Below, one piece after another: positions 34,825 through 45,530 of a stretch of 64,000 nucleotides of DNA. Positions within the stretch are counted from its first letter, which is position 1, and the number at the start of each line of letters is the position of its first letter. Under the pieces are notes generated by a model. It was not told where the DNA came from and made no database searches. It saw only the letters and a list, made by a program, of their open reading frames with translations. The translations under genes were made by a program, and so were the position numbers. This stretch comes from Rhodoblastus sp. (lineage in GTDB: Bacteria; Pseudomonadota; Alphaproteobacteria; Rhizobiales; Beijerinckiaceae). The DNA lies in assembly GCF_052145335.1 (NCBI RefSeq), contig NZ_JBKQOU010000305.1, forward strand, positions 7,782 through 71,781, given 5' to 3'.

Positions 34825-37182
34825 TTATCGGCCCGGCAGGAATTGCAGCAGGCCCTTGACCGGTTGGAAGCGGAAACGCACACGATGCGGGCCGGGCGAC
34901 AATGGCACAGCGCGAAACATCAGGTTGGCCTGGAGTATCGGAACCTCAATTCCGTCGATCGAGGCGGTCTGCCAGTTCTGCCAGACGTCGTTGAGCACAA
35001 GAAAGCCGCCCTTGGCCGGCGCTTGCGCCTCGATATCGATCAAGGTGTTGTCGTAGCGCAGGATTTTCGCCACGCCGGAAGCGCCCTTCGCCGCCGTGTC
35101 GTTGGCGCACGAAAGTTCGGGGCGGGCGTCGCAGGTCGCCCGGTCGAGCAACATGAATTGCCGGTAATCGATGTCCGGCATCAAGCCCTCGGCCTCGATC
35201 CTGGCGAAATCCGCCGCCACCGCGCGGCCCGGCAGCAGCACCCGCGGCAGGGCGTCCTTGTTTTCGTAAATATAGGCGTCGCGTGTCTGCGCAACCAAGG
35301 GAAGGTCGCCGGGTTTCAGGCTCTTGTCGATCTCCTCCGCGGGGACGCCGGTGGCGATCCAGCGCAAGCCGATCAGATTGGCCATCGGCGATTTATAGGA
35401 GGGGAAGGCCGGGGAAAACACCCGCTGTTCCGGCAGCGCGACATGGTCGTTGGCATGGGTGACATCGACGAAAAGCGTCAGCCGGATCGGATTATAGCCA
35501 AGGTCCATGTCGAAGCCGTGGGTCAGGCCGGCGTTCGGCCAGTGGAAGTCGATCCCCGCCAGTTCGACCCGGTCGCGGCGGTCCGGCTCATGGTTTTCCG
35601 CAAGCCTGTCCTTGAGAAATACGATGGTGTCATTCTTCGTCGTCTCACGCAGTATGTCGTAGGTTTCCGGCGGCAGGCCGGTGGATTGGTTGGGCGCATT
35701 GTTCAGCGACAGGTCGAAGGTCAGCAGCAAGCCGACGACCAGCACGGCGAGCGCCGGCTTTTCCCGCCATCCGGGCAATTTGGCGAGCACAAGCAGCGAG
35801 AGGAAGGCGAAAAAGGCTGAAAACAGCATTGCCGGCAGGGCGTCGGGGAAATGGCCCTTGGCGTAAGCGACGCCAAGACAGAGCATATAAAGCGCGCCGA
35901 CCAGCCCCCAGCCGATGTTCCGGCGCCTGGCGTCGGGCGGCGCGTCGAAGGCGCGGCTGACGCAATAGCCGCCGATGACGGCGGCGAAGACGCAGAGCGG
36001 AAAGGTGGCGTCGGCCGGGCGGCGGAACAGGCTGGCGCCGGGCACGTTGAACAAAGCAGTGAATACCGGGGTATATTTGCCGAAGGCGTAGACCGCCATG
36101 GCCAGCGCCGTGACCGCGAAAAAGCGCATCGGTCGGGTGAAAATCCAGCCGCGCGCCAGCCCCAGAACCAGCAACGCAATGAAGGGCAAGGCGCCAAAAT
36201 AGATTTCAGCCATGTTGCGTGCGATATAGAGCCCGGTTTCGCCCCAGTCTGGCGACGGCGGCCCCCAATATTGCGACTGCGCGCCGTGGATATTGTAGAG
36301 ATTGGCGACCAGGGCGGTGAGCAGCGAGGCCGGATGCAGCGAGCCGCGCAAGGCGCCGTCGAGGGTGATTTCGGAGCGGTTGGATTGCTGCGCCAACGCA
36401 ATGGTCCACAACAGGGGCGGACCGGCGACGATCAGGCCGACGATCAGGCCGCCGCCGAGCGGCTTGATCATCCGCTTCATTCGGGTGAAAAAGCCGTTGC
36501 GGTCGCTCGAAGGCGGGGCAAACAGCCGCCATATCGTGAAGACGGTCAGGGTCAGCACGAACAGCCAGGCGATCTGGTCGCGGCCCAGCACCATGAAAGC
36601 GGCGAACAATCCCGCGAGCGCGCCCCACAGAAACGAAGCGCGGTCGAGCGCGCGATTGAGCGCCCAGAAGGCCAGCGGAAACCACGACAGGCTCAGGATC
36701 TGGCCGGTGTGCTGGATGCGCCAGGCCGCCGAGCCGCCATAGGCGAAGGCGAGCGCCGCCACGAGGCCGCCAGCCGCGCGCCAGCCGCGATCACGGAAAT
36801 AGAGCATCCAGCCGATCCCGCCCAGCGTCAGCATGGCGAAGGCGACGGCGTCGGCCTCCTGAAACGTCGGGGCCGGATCGAGTGCGGCGAGCAGCAGATA
36901 GGGCGGCGAGAAGATCAGCGATTGCGGGTCGGCGATCTGGGGCATGCCCGCGAAGACATTCGGCGTCCAGAACGGCGACTGGCCATTATGCAGGGCGTGG
37001 GCGAGGAAGGACAGTTGCGGCTGGAAATGCGCCTTGGAATCCCATGGGATCGTCACCTGCCCTGACAGCCACGGCCAGGCCAGGTAGAGACTGGCGAGGA
37101 CGAAGAAAGCAAGGGCGAAACGAAAGACTCGAGAGGATTCTGACGCAGATTCAGGCGCCGTCGGGCGGGGGAATGTCGACAT
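34825..37182 (-). CDS. YfhO-like polytopic membrane protein (putative GT-C glycosyltransferase)
   Basis: PWDSK in first loop, PFWTPNVFAGMP, many TMs, C-terminal W.A.IDG...QANLMFRAVPLSPGPHRV.F.F. Confidence 0.75.
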   Translation of the reverse strand: MSTFPRPTAPESASESSRVFRFALAFFVLASLYLAWPWLSGQVTIPWDSKAHFQPQLSFLAHALHNGQSPFWTPNVFAGMPQIADPQSLIFSPPYLLLAALDPAPTFQEADAVAFAMLTLGGIGWMLYFRDRGWRAAGGLVAALAFAYGGSAAWRIQHTGQILSLSWFPLAFWALNRALDRASFLWGALAGLFAAFMVLGRDQIAWLFVLTLTVFTIWRLFAPPSSDRNGFFTRMKRMIKPLGGGLIVGLIVAGPPLLWTIALAQQSNRSEITLDGALRGSLHPASLLTALVANLYNIHGAQSQYWGPPSPDWGETGLYIARNMAEIYFGALPFIALLVLGLARGWIFTRPMRFFAVTALAMAVYAFGKYTPVFTALFNVPGASLFRRPADATFPLCVFAAVIGGYCVSRAFDAPPDARRRNIGWGLVGALYMLCLGVAYAKGHFPDALPAMLFSAFFAFLSLLVLAKLPGWREKPALAVLVVGLLLTFDLSLNNAPNQSTGLPPETYDILRETTKNDTIVFLKDRLAENHEPDRRDRVELAGIDFHWPNAGLTHGFDMDLGYNPIRLTLFVDVTHANDHVALPEQRVFSPAFPSYKSPMANLIGLRWIATGVPAEEIDKSLKPGDLPLVAQTRDAYIYENKDALPRVLLPGRAVAADFARIEAEGLMPDIDYRQFMLLDRATCDARPELSCANDTAAKGASGVAKILRYDNTLIDIEAQAPAKGGFLVLNDVWQNWQTASIDGIEVPILQANLMFRAVPLSPGPHRVRFRFQPVKGLLQFLPGR

Positions 37183-38254
37183 CAAGAAAATGGCCTGCCC
37201 TGTCGCGTTTGGTGGCGAGGTAATGAATATTCTGCGGCGTCGGGCGCCCCTGGATGCGCTGGTCGGTGACATCCAGACCCGCGGCGCGCAAAGCCTCGAT
37301 CTTGGCTGGATTATTGGTCATCAGCCGCACCCGGGTCACGCCGAGCAGGTCGAGCATGCGCGCGGCATAGCCGAAGCGGCGCTGGTCGAGGCCGAAGCCC
37401 AGGATTTCGTCGGCGTCGTAGGTGTCGTGGCCTTTTGCCTGCAGGCGATAGGCGCGGACCTTGTTGGCGAGGCCGTTGCCGCGCCCTTCCTGGTCGAGAT
37501 AGAGGATCACGCCGCCGCCGTTTTCCGCCATATAGCGAGCGGTATGGCGCAACTGGTCGCCGCAATCGCATTTCAGCGAGCCGAACAGATCGCCGGTGAG
37601 GCAAGCGGAGTGCAGCCGTACATGAACCGGCCCGGCGAGATCGGGTTTGCCAATAATGACCGCGGCTTGATCGCGCAAACCTTCGCCACCTCGGAAAACC
37701 ACGATTTCCGACTGCGGCGCGCCCTCAAGCGGCGCCGGAGCGCGCCCAACCATATGCAAGGAGAGTATTTTTTTGGCCCGGAAGCCCCGGATGTCGCAGC
37801 CGGAGACTTCCTGCAATTCCGGCGCGGGGTTCTTGAGCGGCGCCAGCACCGCGCCGGGCAGCAGATGGGCGAGGCGCAACAGGTCGAGCGCCGCCTCCTC
37901 CGCCGGACTGGGATTAGCCACCGGCGCGTCGATGCGGGCGTCTTCCTCGGCGAGCAAGGCGCCGATGCGGTCGAGGTCGATTTCGGGCAGGGCGATCAGG
38001 CCAGGACCGTTGCGCTCGACGCCGAGCCGCCGCAGCCTTTGCGCTGACAGGATCAGATTGGCCCGCCCAGAGGCCAGCGAGTTCAATGCGAAGGCGGAGG
38101 CCTCGTCGAGAATTTCGGCGGGGAACACCAGCAGGCGGGTCGCACCTTCGCTGACGACGACCGGTCGCCCACCGCGCAATTCGGCGATCGCGCGCTCCGC
38201 GGCGACAGAGCCGGAGGCGGCCAGCGTCGGAAAAAGACCGGAAAGTTCAGACAT
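37151..38254 (-). CDS. ribA: GTP cyclohydrolase II with degenerate RibB-like N-terminal domain
   Basis: VRLHSACLTGD, CDCGDQL, QEGRGNGLANK, LMTNNP.K; start MSELSG at 38254. Confidence 0.9.
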   Translation of the reverse strand: MSELSGLFPTLAASGSVAAERAIAELRGGRPVVVSEGATRLLVFPAEILDEASAFALNSLASGRANLILSAQRLRRLGVERNGPGLIALPEIDLDRIGALLAEEDARIDAPVANPSPAEEAALDLLRLAHLLPGAVLAPLKNPAPELQEVSGCDIRGFRAKKILSLHMVGRAPAPLEGAPQSEIVVFRGGEGLRDQAAVIIGKPDLAGPVHVRLHSACLTGDLFGSLKCDCGDQLRHTARYMAENGGGVILYLDQEGRGNGLANKVRAYRLQAKGHDTYDADEILGFGLDQRRFGYAARMLDLLGVTRVRLMTNNPAKIEALRAAGLDVTDQRIQGRPTPQNIHYLATKRDRAGHFLDVDIPPPDGA

Positions 38255-38413
38255 TTTGCTTAGAATACCTTTCGCTCCTTCCTCTACATAATCGCTCGCG
38301 CGCCCAAGAACCAGTCTTAAGCGAAACTCGCGCCATGGCTGGGCTTGGCCAGCTTGCCTTCGCCCCGGCGGCGGCTTAAAGCCGCAGCGACGCTTTCTGC
38401 CCGGAATCCCGCC

Positions 38414-39364
38414 ATGCGCCCGCTTCGCCTCGCCTGCCTGCTGTTCTGTCTCGCCGCGCCAGCATTGGCCGCCGGCTCGCAGAATCTCGTCAATGAACTG
38501 GCGGTGCGCGTCGTCAACAAGTCCACACCGGAGCTTTGCGCCGAGCGGGACAACGTCGAACTGGATTTCATCTCGCCGGACGTGCGCCACATGGAAATAC
38601 AGGCGACCCATCCCGCCTATATCGGCATGATCAACACCGATCGCTGGGCGCCGGATTTTTCCGCCTGCAACATTCCGCACGGCGAGGGCGCCCTGCCGCG
38701 GAAAACCTTTTATGAGTCTCCGACCCTTTGGCTCACCGGCCTGACCGATCCGGATTTCTGGCGCCCGGCGAATGTTCCGATTCGCGTCGGCGACCATGTC
38801 GAGCCGGGCTTCAATTACATCCAGCTGTGGATGCTTTCCCGCGAGCGCGCGGAAGAAATTTTGGTGATGTATCCGTCGGACGGCAACTGGCGCATCCGTC
38901 CCCTGCCCTACGGCGACATGCGCTGGACGGCCTATGGATCGTCCTTCCAGATCGGGCCGCTGGAGATGCAGGAGGGGCCCGGCGGCGCGCGGCCGGTCGT
39001 GGCGATCAGCGACATCGCGTTCGATCCGGCCAAAAAGGCGTTCACGCTGAATTTCAAACGCGGCGGTTCGGCTACCGTGACGCTCAAGCAGGTCGACCAG
39101 GACCATGTCGCGCTCGACGTCAGCTATTCCGGCGCCATGCCCGACAGCCTGCCCTTCGCCGCGATGCGCTCGATGTACACGAACGAGGGCAACTCCGACG
39201 TCGCCCGCATCGCCTGGCGCGAAAAGGACGGCAAGGGCTGGGGAGAATCGCCGGTGCTGAGTTTCCCCGGCGCACTGGCCACCGAGGTCTGGGCCGGACG
39301 CAATGCCTCCTCGCGGCACAATCTCTCGGCGCCCGACATGGTCTTTTCGCACTTCCAGCGATGA
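38414..39364 (+). CDS. Exported hypothetical protein
   Basis: Signal peptide MRPLRLACLLFCLAAPALA; typical codon usage; ATGA-coupled to next gene. Confidence 0.8.
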   Translation: MRPLRLACLLFCLAAPALAAGSQNLVNELAVRVVNKSTPELCAERDNVELDFISPDVRHMEIQATHPAYIGMINTDRWAPDFSACNIPHGEGALPRKTFYESPTLWLTGLTDPDFWRPANVPIRVGDHVEPGFNYIQLWMLSRERAEEILVMYPSDGNWRIRPLPYGDMRWTAYGSSFQIGPLEMQEGPGGARPVVAISDIAFDPAKKAFTLNFKRGGSATVTLKQVDQDHVALDVSYSGAMPDSLPFAAMRSMYTNEGNSDVARIAWREKDGKGWGESPVLSFPGALATEVWAGRNASSRHNLSAPDMVFSHFQR

Positions 39365-40380
39365 GCGACACGCAGGCGCGTCTCCCCCTCGTCGACTTCC
39401 TGCGCGGGCTGGCGCTGTGGGCGATGCTGGTCTTTCATCTGGTCTGGGATCTGGCGCAATTCGGCTGGATCGACCATGACGCGCCTTATACCCCGATCAT
39501 GCATTGGTTCGGCCACGCGATCGCCGTGAGCTTCCTGGCTCTGGTCGGCGTCAGTCTCGTCCTCGCCGAAACAGCGAAAGGGCCGCTGTGGCGCAGCGCC
39601 AAATTCTGGCGGCGGTGGGCCGAGATCGTGCTGGCGGCGAGCGCGATCAGCGCCGTGTCCTTCTGGCTGTTTCCCACGACGCCAATCTTTTTCGGCATTC
39701 TGCATTGCATCGCTTTGGCCAGCCTGTTCGCCCTGCCCTTTGTCGCAGCGCCGCCGATCCGGGCTCTCGCTGGCGGTTTCGCCGCTTTGCTGGCGCCGCA
39801 TTTTTTCGCTTCGCCGCTTTTCGACGCCAGGCTCTTCTGGTGGACAGGGCTCGGAACTTACCTGCCCGCGAGCAATGATTTCCGGCCCTTGCTGCCGTGG
39901 TTGGCCTATGTGCTGTTCGGCGTGGCTTTGGGTCGCTGGACGATTGCCGGCAAGTTCTCTTCCCGCCATCGCGAGGAGATAAGCGACGCGGCAATCCCGT
40001 GGCCTCTTCCTGCGCCCGCTGGATTGCTTCGCTCCGCTCGCAATGACGGTCGGGTGTTTCGCGCCGTGACCTTTTGCGGCCGGCATTCCCTGACCTTCTA
40101 CCTCGTTCATCAGCCCTTGCTGTTCGGCTTTTTCACCCTTCTCGGGCTAGTCGCCACGCCAGCGCCCGACGCCGGCGACTTCGTGCGGCAATGCGCCGTG
40201 CAATGCGTCAACGAGGGCGTAGAGGCAGAAATCTGCGAAAAATCCTGCGTCTGCGTGGTCGAAAAGGCCAAAAACGCGGGACTGTGGAACAATTTGGCGC
40301 GGGGCAGGCTTACAGAGCCGGAAAAAAGCACCGTCCACGACGAGGCCATCGCCTGCTACGCTGAAGCCGCCAAAAAATGA
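39361..40380 (+). CDS. DUF1624 / HGSNAT-like membrane acyltransferase with Cys-rich C-terminus
   Basis: VDFLRGLALWAMLVFHLVWDL, IFFGILHCI, NDFRPLLPW, GRHSLTFYLVHQP. Confidence 0.85.
   Translation: MSDTQARLPLVDFLRGLALWAMLVFHLVWDLAQFGWIDHDAPYTPIMHWFGHAIAVSFLALVGVSLVLAETAKGPLWRSAKFWRRWAEIVLAASAISAVSFWLFPTTPIFFGILHCIALASLFALPFVAAPPIRALAGGFAALLAPHFFASPLFDARLFWWTGLGTYLPASNDFRPLLPWLAYVLFGVALGRWTIAGKFSSRHREEISDAAIPWPLPAPAGLLRSARNDGRVFRAVTFCGRHSLTFYLVHQPLLFGFFTLLGLVATPAPDAGDFVRQCAVQCVNEGVEAEICEKSCVCVVEKAKNAGLWNNLARGRLTEPEKSTVHDEAIACYAEAAKK
39964..40050. repeat. Palindromic repeat element inserted in frame in the DUF1624 gene
   Basis: 40019-40049 is the exact reverse complement of 2123-2153 (31 nt); AGCGACGCGGCAATCC is also shared. 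Confidence 0.9.
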
Positions 40381-41778
40381 TCACCCCTTCGGCGACAGCA
40401 TGTCCTCGGGCCGCACCAGGGCGTCGAATTCCTCCTCGGTGACGAAACCAAGCCGAAGGGCCTCCTCGCGCAAACTGGTTCCATTGGCGTGCGCCGCCTT
40501 GGCGATCTGCGCCGCCTTGTCGTAGCCGATTTTCGGGGTCAGCGCCGTCGCCAGCATCAACGAACGGCGCATGGTCTCGTCGAGCCTTTGCGCATCGGCC
40601 TCGATACCGTCGACGCAATGCTCCGAGAAGCTGCGTATGGCGTCGGCGAGCAGGCGCACGCTTTCGAGAAAGACGAAGGCGATCACCGGCTTGAACACAT
40701 TGAGCTCGAACTGGCCCTGCGACGCGGCGAAGGCGATGGTGGTCTGATTGCCGAAAACCCGGGCGCAGACCATGGTCAAGGCCTCGACCTGGGTGGGATT
40801 GACCTTTCCCGGCATGATCGACGATCCTGGCTCGTTTTGCGGGAGGATCAGTTCGCCAAGCCCGGCGCGCGGGCCGCTGCCGGCCAGCCTGATGTCGCTG
40901 GCGATCTTGAACAGGCCGGTCGCCGCCGATTCCAGCGCTCCATGGGCGAACACCAAAGCGTCGTGGCTGGCCAGGGCCTCGAAGAAATTTTCCGCCGGCT
41001 TGAACGGCAATCCGGTCTCGCGGGCCATCTCGCGAGAGAATTTTTCGGCGAATTTCTTGTGTGCATTGAGCCCGGTGCCGACCGCCGTGCCGCCCTGCGC
41101 CAGGAAATAAAGACCTGGCATGACCGCTTCGATCCGCTCCGTCGCAAGCGCCAGCTGGGCCGCATAGCCGGAAAATTCCTGCCCCAGCGAGATCGGCGTG
41201 GCGTCCTGCATATGGGTGCGGCCGATCTTGATCAGCCCGGCGAATTTCTCCGCCCGTCCAAGAAAACTGGTTTCGAGTTGACGCAACGCGGGCAGCAGGT
41301 TCTGCTTCAGCACGGAAGCCACCGCCACATGCATGGCGGTGGGGAACGAATCGTTGGAAGACTGGCCCAAATTGACGTGGTCGTTGGGGTGGATGGGCTT
41401 CATGCCGCCGCGCGGCGCGGCGAAGGAAATCTCGTTGGCGCGATTGGCGATCACCTCGTTGACGTTCATGTGCGACTGCGTGCCCGATCCGGTCTGCCAG
41501 ACGCGCAGGGGGAAATGGTCGTCGAGCCGGCCGGAAATGATTTCGTCGGCCGCGGCGACGATGGCCTCGGCGAGGGGCCGGTCGAGCAGGCCAAGTTCGG
41601 CGTTGACCTTGGCCGCCACCTTCTTCCCGAGCGCCAGAGCATGGATGATTTCGCGCGGCATGACCTGGCCGCCGATCGCGAAATTCTGCAGGGAGCGCTG
41701 TGTCTGAGCGCCCCACAGCCGGTCGTCGGCCACCTCGACCGGGCCGAATGTGTCCACTTCCGTGCGAAATCGAGTCAC
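40381..41778 (-). CDS. fumC: Class II fumarate hydratase
   Basis: [34 protein letters not shown]; probable GTG start at 41778. Confidence 0.96.
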   Translation of the reverse strand: MTRFRTEVDTFGPVEVADDRLWGAQTQRSLQNFAIGGQVMPREIIHALALGKKVAAKVNAELGLLDRPLAEAIVAAADEIISGRLDDHFPLRVWQTGSGTQSHMNVNEVIANRANEISFAAPRGGMKPIHPNDHVNLGQSSNDSFPTAMHVAVASVLKQNLLPALRQLETSFLGRAEKFAGLIKIGRTHMQDATPISLGQEFSGYAAQLALATERIEAVMPGLYFLAQGGTAVGTGLNAHKKFAEKFSREMARETGLPFKPAENFFEALASHDALVFAHGALESAATGLFKIASDIRLAGSGPRAGLGELILPQNEPGSSIMPGKVNPTQVEALTMVCARVFGNQTTIAFAASQGQFELNVFKPVIAFVFLESVRLLADAIRSFSEHCVDGIEADAQRLDETMRRSLMLATALTPKIGYDKAAQIAKAAHANGTSLREEALRLGFVTEEEFDALVRPEDMLSPKG

Positions 41779-41952
41779 GATCAAGCTCCCTTGGGAAGAA
41801 CGCCGCGGAGCGGCTCCAGTCCCGTTTCCCGTGGTCACGAATTCGTGATCCTAAACGATCCAAAAAAGTGAAGCCGAAACTCGTTTCGTGCGTTTCTGAC
41901 TGAAGCGTGTGGGGGCCGCACCCGTTGTCTCGAATGACCCAGAGGATAGTCG

Positions 41953-42225
41953 ATGATTGACATAGCGAAAAAACCCAAACGCGGCTTCGCCTCCATGGAT
42001 CCCGAAAAGCAGCGCGCCATAGCTCGAAAGGGCGGAGAGAGCGTTCCGAGGGAGAAGAGAAGCTTTTCGCAAAACGCCGAACTCGCTGCCGAAGCGGGCC
42101 GGAAGGGCGGCAAAAGCGTCAGCCCGACCAACCGGAGTTTTGCGCGCGACAAGGATTTGGCGAAAAACGCCGGCCGCAAGGGCGGTCGCGCCGCCCACAC
42201 GACCGTCGAAGGCGAGCGCCACTAA
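41953..42225 (+). CDS. KGG-repeat general stress protein
   Basis: RGFASMDPEKQRAIARKGG and two AGRKGG repeats; GAGGA RBS. Confidence 0.9.
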   Translation: MIDIAKKPKRGFASMDPEKQRAIARKGGESVPREKRSFSQNAELAAEAGRKGGKSVSPTNRSFARDKDLAKNAGRKGGRAAHTTVEGERH

Positions 42226-42304
42226 ACCACGACGCTGAAAAGGCGGATGAGGAGCCCCCCGGCGGGGTCTCTTGCTGTTTATCGTATGCGACGGGTGGGA
42301 CATT

Positions 42305-42342
42305 TAAAGAAGGCAGAGGTCGAACGACCTCTGCCTTCTTTA
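42305..42342. terminator. Bidirectional terminator between the KGG gene and petC
   Basis: Perfect inverted repeat TAAAGAAGGCAGAGGTCG-AA-CGACCTCTGCCTTCTTTA. Confidence 0.8.
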
Positions 42343-42404
42343 TGATGCGAATTTGGTTACGCGAAAGATTCGTTGATCGTCGCTCGCCGCGACCAGCGAA
42401 AAGA

Positions 42405-43250
42405 TCAGTGCGCCACGCCGGACCAGACGCGTTTCTTGGTGAAATAGAGCAGGCCGGCGAGCAGCATCAGGAACAGCATGACGCGGGCGCCGACGCGCTT
42501 GCGCTGCTCCAGGCTCGGCTCCGCCGCCCAATACAGGAAAGCCGCGACGTCCTTGGAATACTGCTTGAGCGTCGTGGGCGTGCCGTCGGTATATTCGACC
42601 TGACCGTCGGCGAGCGGCTTGCCCATCGCGATCTTGTGGCCGGGGAAATAGAGGTTCCAATTGACGTCGTCCTCTTTGGTGTAGCCATTGAGGATGGCGT
42701 AGATCAGATCGGGCCCGACTTCCTGATACATGCCGACGCCCGGGATCGGCAGGGCGTCGAAGACGAAGTTGGGGAAACCGCGCTCGTATTTGATCGACTT
42801 GGCGATCAGCGACATGTCCGGAGGAACGGCGCCAAGAGCAGCCGCGGCGGCTTCCGGATTGGGGAAAGGCGCCGGGAAGTAATCGGACGGACGACCCGGA
42901 CGATCGAACATCTCGCCCGCCAGGTTGGGTCCGTCATGGACGGTATAGGTCGCGGCCAAAGTCTTGACCTGTTCTTCCGTAAAGCCCGGACCGCCCGGTT
43001 GGGCGAGCGTGCGCATCGGAATATGCAGATCATGGCAGTTAGAGCAGACTTCCTTGTAAATCTTGAAGCCGCGCTGCAACTGCGCCTTGTCGTAGGTCCC
43101 GAACGGTCCGGAAAAGGACCATTCCTGGCGCGTCGGATTGGGCGCTTCCGCAAATCCCGCCGGCTCTTCGGCGCGCAGGGTCTGGGAGGAGAAGGTCACG
43201 GCGCCGAGCACGGCCGCGGCGACAAATCCGAGTTTCATGGTGAAAGCCAT
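42405..43250 (-). CDS. petC: Cytochrome c1
   Basis: Signal peptide, LQRGF.IYKEVCSNCH, PPDMS, WAAEP, C-terminal TM. Confidence 0.96.
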   Translation of the reverse strand: MAFTMKLGFVAAAVLGAVTFSSQTLRAEEPAGFAEAPNPTRQEWSFSGPFGTYDKAQLQRGFKIYKEVCSNCHDLHIPMRTLAQPGGPGFTEEQVKTLAATYTVHDGPNLAGEMFDRPGRPSDYFPAPFPNPEAAAAALGAVPPDMSLIAKSIKYERGFPNFVFDALPIPGVGMYQEVGPDLIYAILNGYTKEDDVNWNLYFPGHKIAMGKPLADGQVEYTDGTPTTLKQYSKDVAAFLYWAAEPSLEQRKRVGARVMLFLMLLAGLLYFTKKRVWSGVAH

Positions 43251-43277
43251 TGTCTTGAGTTCCTCGAAATCGGCCGT

Positions 43278-44558
43278 TCAGCCTCTGGTCAGCGGAACGG
43301 AGGCGGAGCCCGCCGCGGTCGATGAAGCGGACCCGCCCTTGGCGAGCACGGCGTCGGCAATGGAGGCCGGCACCGGCTTGGTTTTTTCGAACAGGCCAAG
43401 CAGCGGCAAAACGATCAGGAAGAAGGCGAAATAAGCCACGCCCAGAACCCGCGCCGCCAGCACATAGCCGCCTTCCGGAGGCATGGCGCCGAGATAGCCG
43501 AGGCCGACGCCACAAGCCACGAAGATCCAGAAAAAGATCTTGTAGATCGGGCGATATTTGGCCGAGCGCACTTTCGACGTGTCCAGCCAGGGCAGGAAGG
43601 CGAGAATGGCGATGGCCGCGAACATGGCGATGACGCCGGCGAGTTTGTTCGGGATTGAACGCAGGATCGCGTAATAGGGCAGGAAATACCATTCCGGAAC
43701 GATATGCGGCGGCGTCTTCATCGGATTGGCGGGGATGTAGTTGTCCGCGTCGCCGAGATAGTTTGGGATATAGAAGATGAACCAGCAGTAGAGGAGCAGG
43801 AACACCGCGAGGCCGAGGCTGTCCTTGAGGGTCGCGTGCGGCGTGAAGGGCACGGCGTCCTTGGCGACGTCCTTGATTTCGATGCCGTCCGGATTGTTCT
43901 GGCCGCACACATGCAGCGCCCAGACATGCAAGGCGACCACGGCGACGATCATGAAGGGCAGCAGGTAATGCAGGGCGAAGAAACGATTGAGGGTCGGGTT
44001 GTCGACCGAATAACCGCCCCACAGCCACACCGTGATGTCGTCGCCGACCAGCGGAATCGCCGAGAACAGGTTGGTGATGACGGTGGCGCCCCAGAAGGAC
44101 ATCTGGCCCCAGGGCAGCACATAGCCCATGAAGCCGGTGGCCATCATCAATAGGAAGATGATCACGCCGAGGATCCACAGCACTTCGCGCGGCGCCTTAT
44201 AGGAGCCGTAGTAGATGCCGCGGAACATGTGGACATAGACGGCGAAGAAGAACATCGAGGCGCCGTTGGCGTGCGCGTAGCGCAGCATCCAGCCCCAGTT
44301 CACGTCGCGCATGATCTTTTCGACCGAACCGAAGGCCAGGGTCGAGTCCGGCGTGTAGTGCATGGTCAGCACGATGCCGGTGACGATCTGCGCGATCAGC
44401 ATGAACGACAGGATGGCGCCGAAGGTCCACCAGTAGTTCAGGTTCTTCGGGGTGGGATAGGCGACGAAGGAGCCGTGCATGAAGCTGAGGATCGGCAGGC
44501 GGGCTTCGAGCCACTTCACCAGGCCGCTCTTTGGCTCAAAGGTTGAGAGTCCGTGCAT
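43278..44558 (-). CDS. petB: Cytochrome b
   Basis: [22 protein letters not shown]; start ATG 44558. Confidence 0.97.
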   Translation of the reverse strand: MHGLSTFEPKSGLVKWLEARLPILSFMHGSFVAYPTPKNLNYWWTFGAILSFMLIAQIVTGIVLTMHYTPDSTLAFGSVEKIMRDVNWGWMLRYAHANGASMFFFAVYVHMFRGIYYGSYKAPREVLWILGVIIFLLMMATGFMGYVLPWGQMSFWGATVITNLFSAIPLVGDDITVWLWGGYSVDNPTLNRFFALHYLLPFMIVAVVALHVWALHVCGQNNPDGIEIKDVAKDAVPFTPHATLKDSLGLAVFLLLYCWFIFYIPNYLGDADNYIPANPMKTPPHIVPEWYFLPYYAILRSIPNKLAGVIAMFAAIAILAFLPWLDTSKVRSAKYRPIYKIFFWIFVACGVGLGYLGAMPPEGGYVLAARVLGVAYFAFFLIVLPLLGLFEKTKPVPASIADAVLAKGGSASSTAAGSASVPLTRG

Positions 44559-44623
44559 TTGTGATCTCTTCGGATAAGCGTTCGGGACGGGCGAAAGCGG
44601 CCGGCTTGCGCCGGGCCGGGTCT

Positions 44624-45142
44624 TCAGCCGATTTTGACTTTGCTGTCGGTCAGGAAGCTGTAGGCCGGAACCACGAGATTCTTCGGCGCCGGGCCTTTGC
44701 GGATGCGGCCGGAAGTGTCGTAGACCGAACCGTGGCAGGGGCAGAACCAGCCGTCGTATTCGCCGGCGTGTCCTAGCGGGATGCAGCCGAGATGGGTGCA
44801 GACGCCGACGACGATCAGCCATTGCGGCTTCTGCACGCGGGCGGCGTCGGTCTGCGGGTCGGGAAGGGTCGCGACATTGACGTCTTCGGCCGCGGCAATT
44901 TCCTTCGCGGTGCGGTGACGGATGAACACCGGCTTGCCGCGCCATTTGATGGTGACGATCTGGCCTTCCGGAATGGCCCCGATATCGACCTCGGTCGAGG
45001 CCAGGGCGAGAGTCGAAGCGTCGGGACTCATCTGGCTGATCAGCGGCCAGATGACCGCGGCGGTTCCGACGGCGGCGACCGCCCCCGTGGCGATGTACAG
45101 AAAATCTCTGCGGGTCGGTTCGACCGTCGTTGCGGTGGCCAA
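44624..45142 (-). CDS. petA: Rieske iron-sulfur protein
   Basis: TRRDFL Tat motif, CTHLGC, CPCHGS. Confidence 0.97.
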   Translation of the reverse strand: MATATTVEPTRRDFLYIATGAVAAVGTAAVIWPLISQMSPDASTLALASTEVDIGAIPEGQIVTIKWRGKPVFIRHRTAKEIAAAEDVNVATLPDPQTDAARVQKPQWLIVVGVCTHLGCIPLGHAGEYDGWFCPCHGSVYDTSGRIRKGPAPKNLVVPAYSFLTDSKVKIG

Positions 45143-45530
45143 GTTTTCGTCCTCAATCTTTGAGCGCGAGTCCGGGCGGGCCGGTCACCGCGTTGCGATA
45201 AGCGCCAGTCCGCCGCGAGCGTGGCGGTCCCGCCGGCGGGCGCGACAGCGTGATCTTGGCTAAGCCTGACAGAACAAGCGCCGTTATTTGGCATCGTTCT
45301 GGCGCCTTGTCCATAGTCGTTCATAGGCAGAAAGTTTTACGCGGGACCGCTTTTTTGCCTTCGAGGGACGATTTGGCGCCCACAAGCTGGACAGGCGGCA
45401 AGAACGCTCGCGATTTGGGCGGCGGCCACGCCGACGCCCGGCCATTTTATTGCATCTCTTCAGTGCGTCGCATCAAGGCCTGTCTTTATGGCGCTCTTGG
45501 CGGAGCTTCGAGGCGGTGCTATCCAGCCTC

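Noticed and set aside
37151-39352. 733-aa ORF suggesting a long RibA fusion
   Set aside because: The N-terminal half is the antisense of the real exported-protein gene; RibA plausibly starts at 38254
41901-41926. EcfG (GGAAC-N16/17-CGTT) promoter for the KGG gene
   Set aside because: CGTT is present but the -35 element (TGAAG) matches poorly; not supportable
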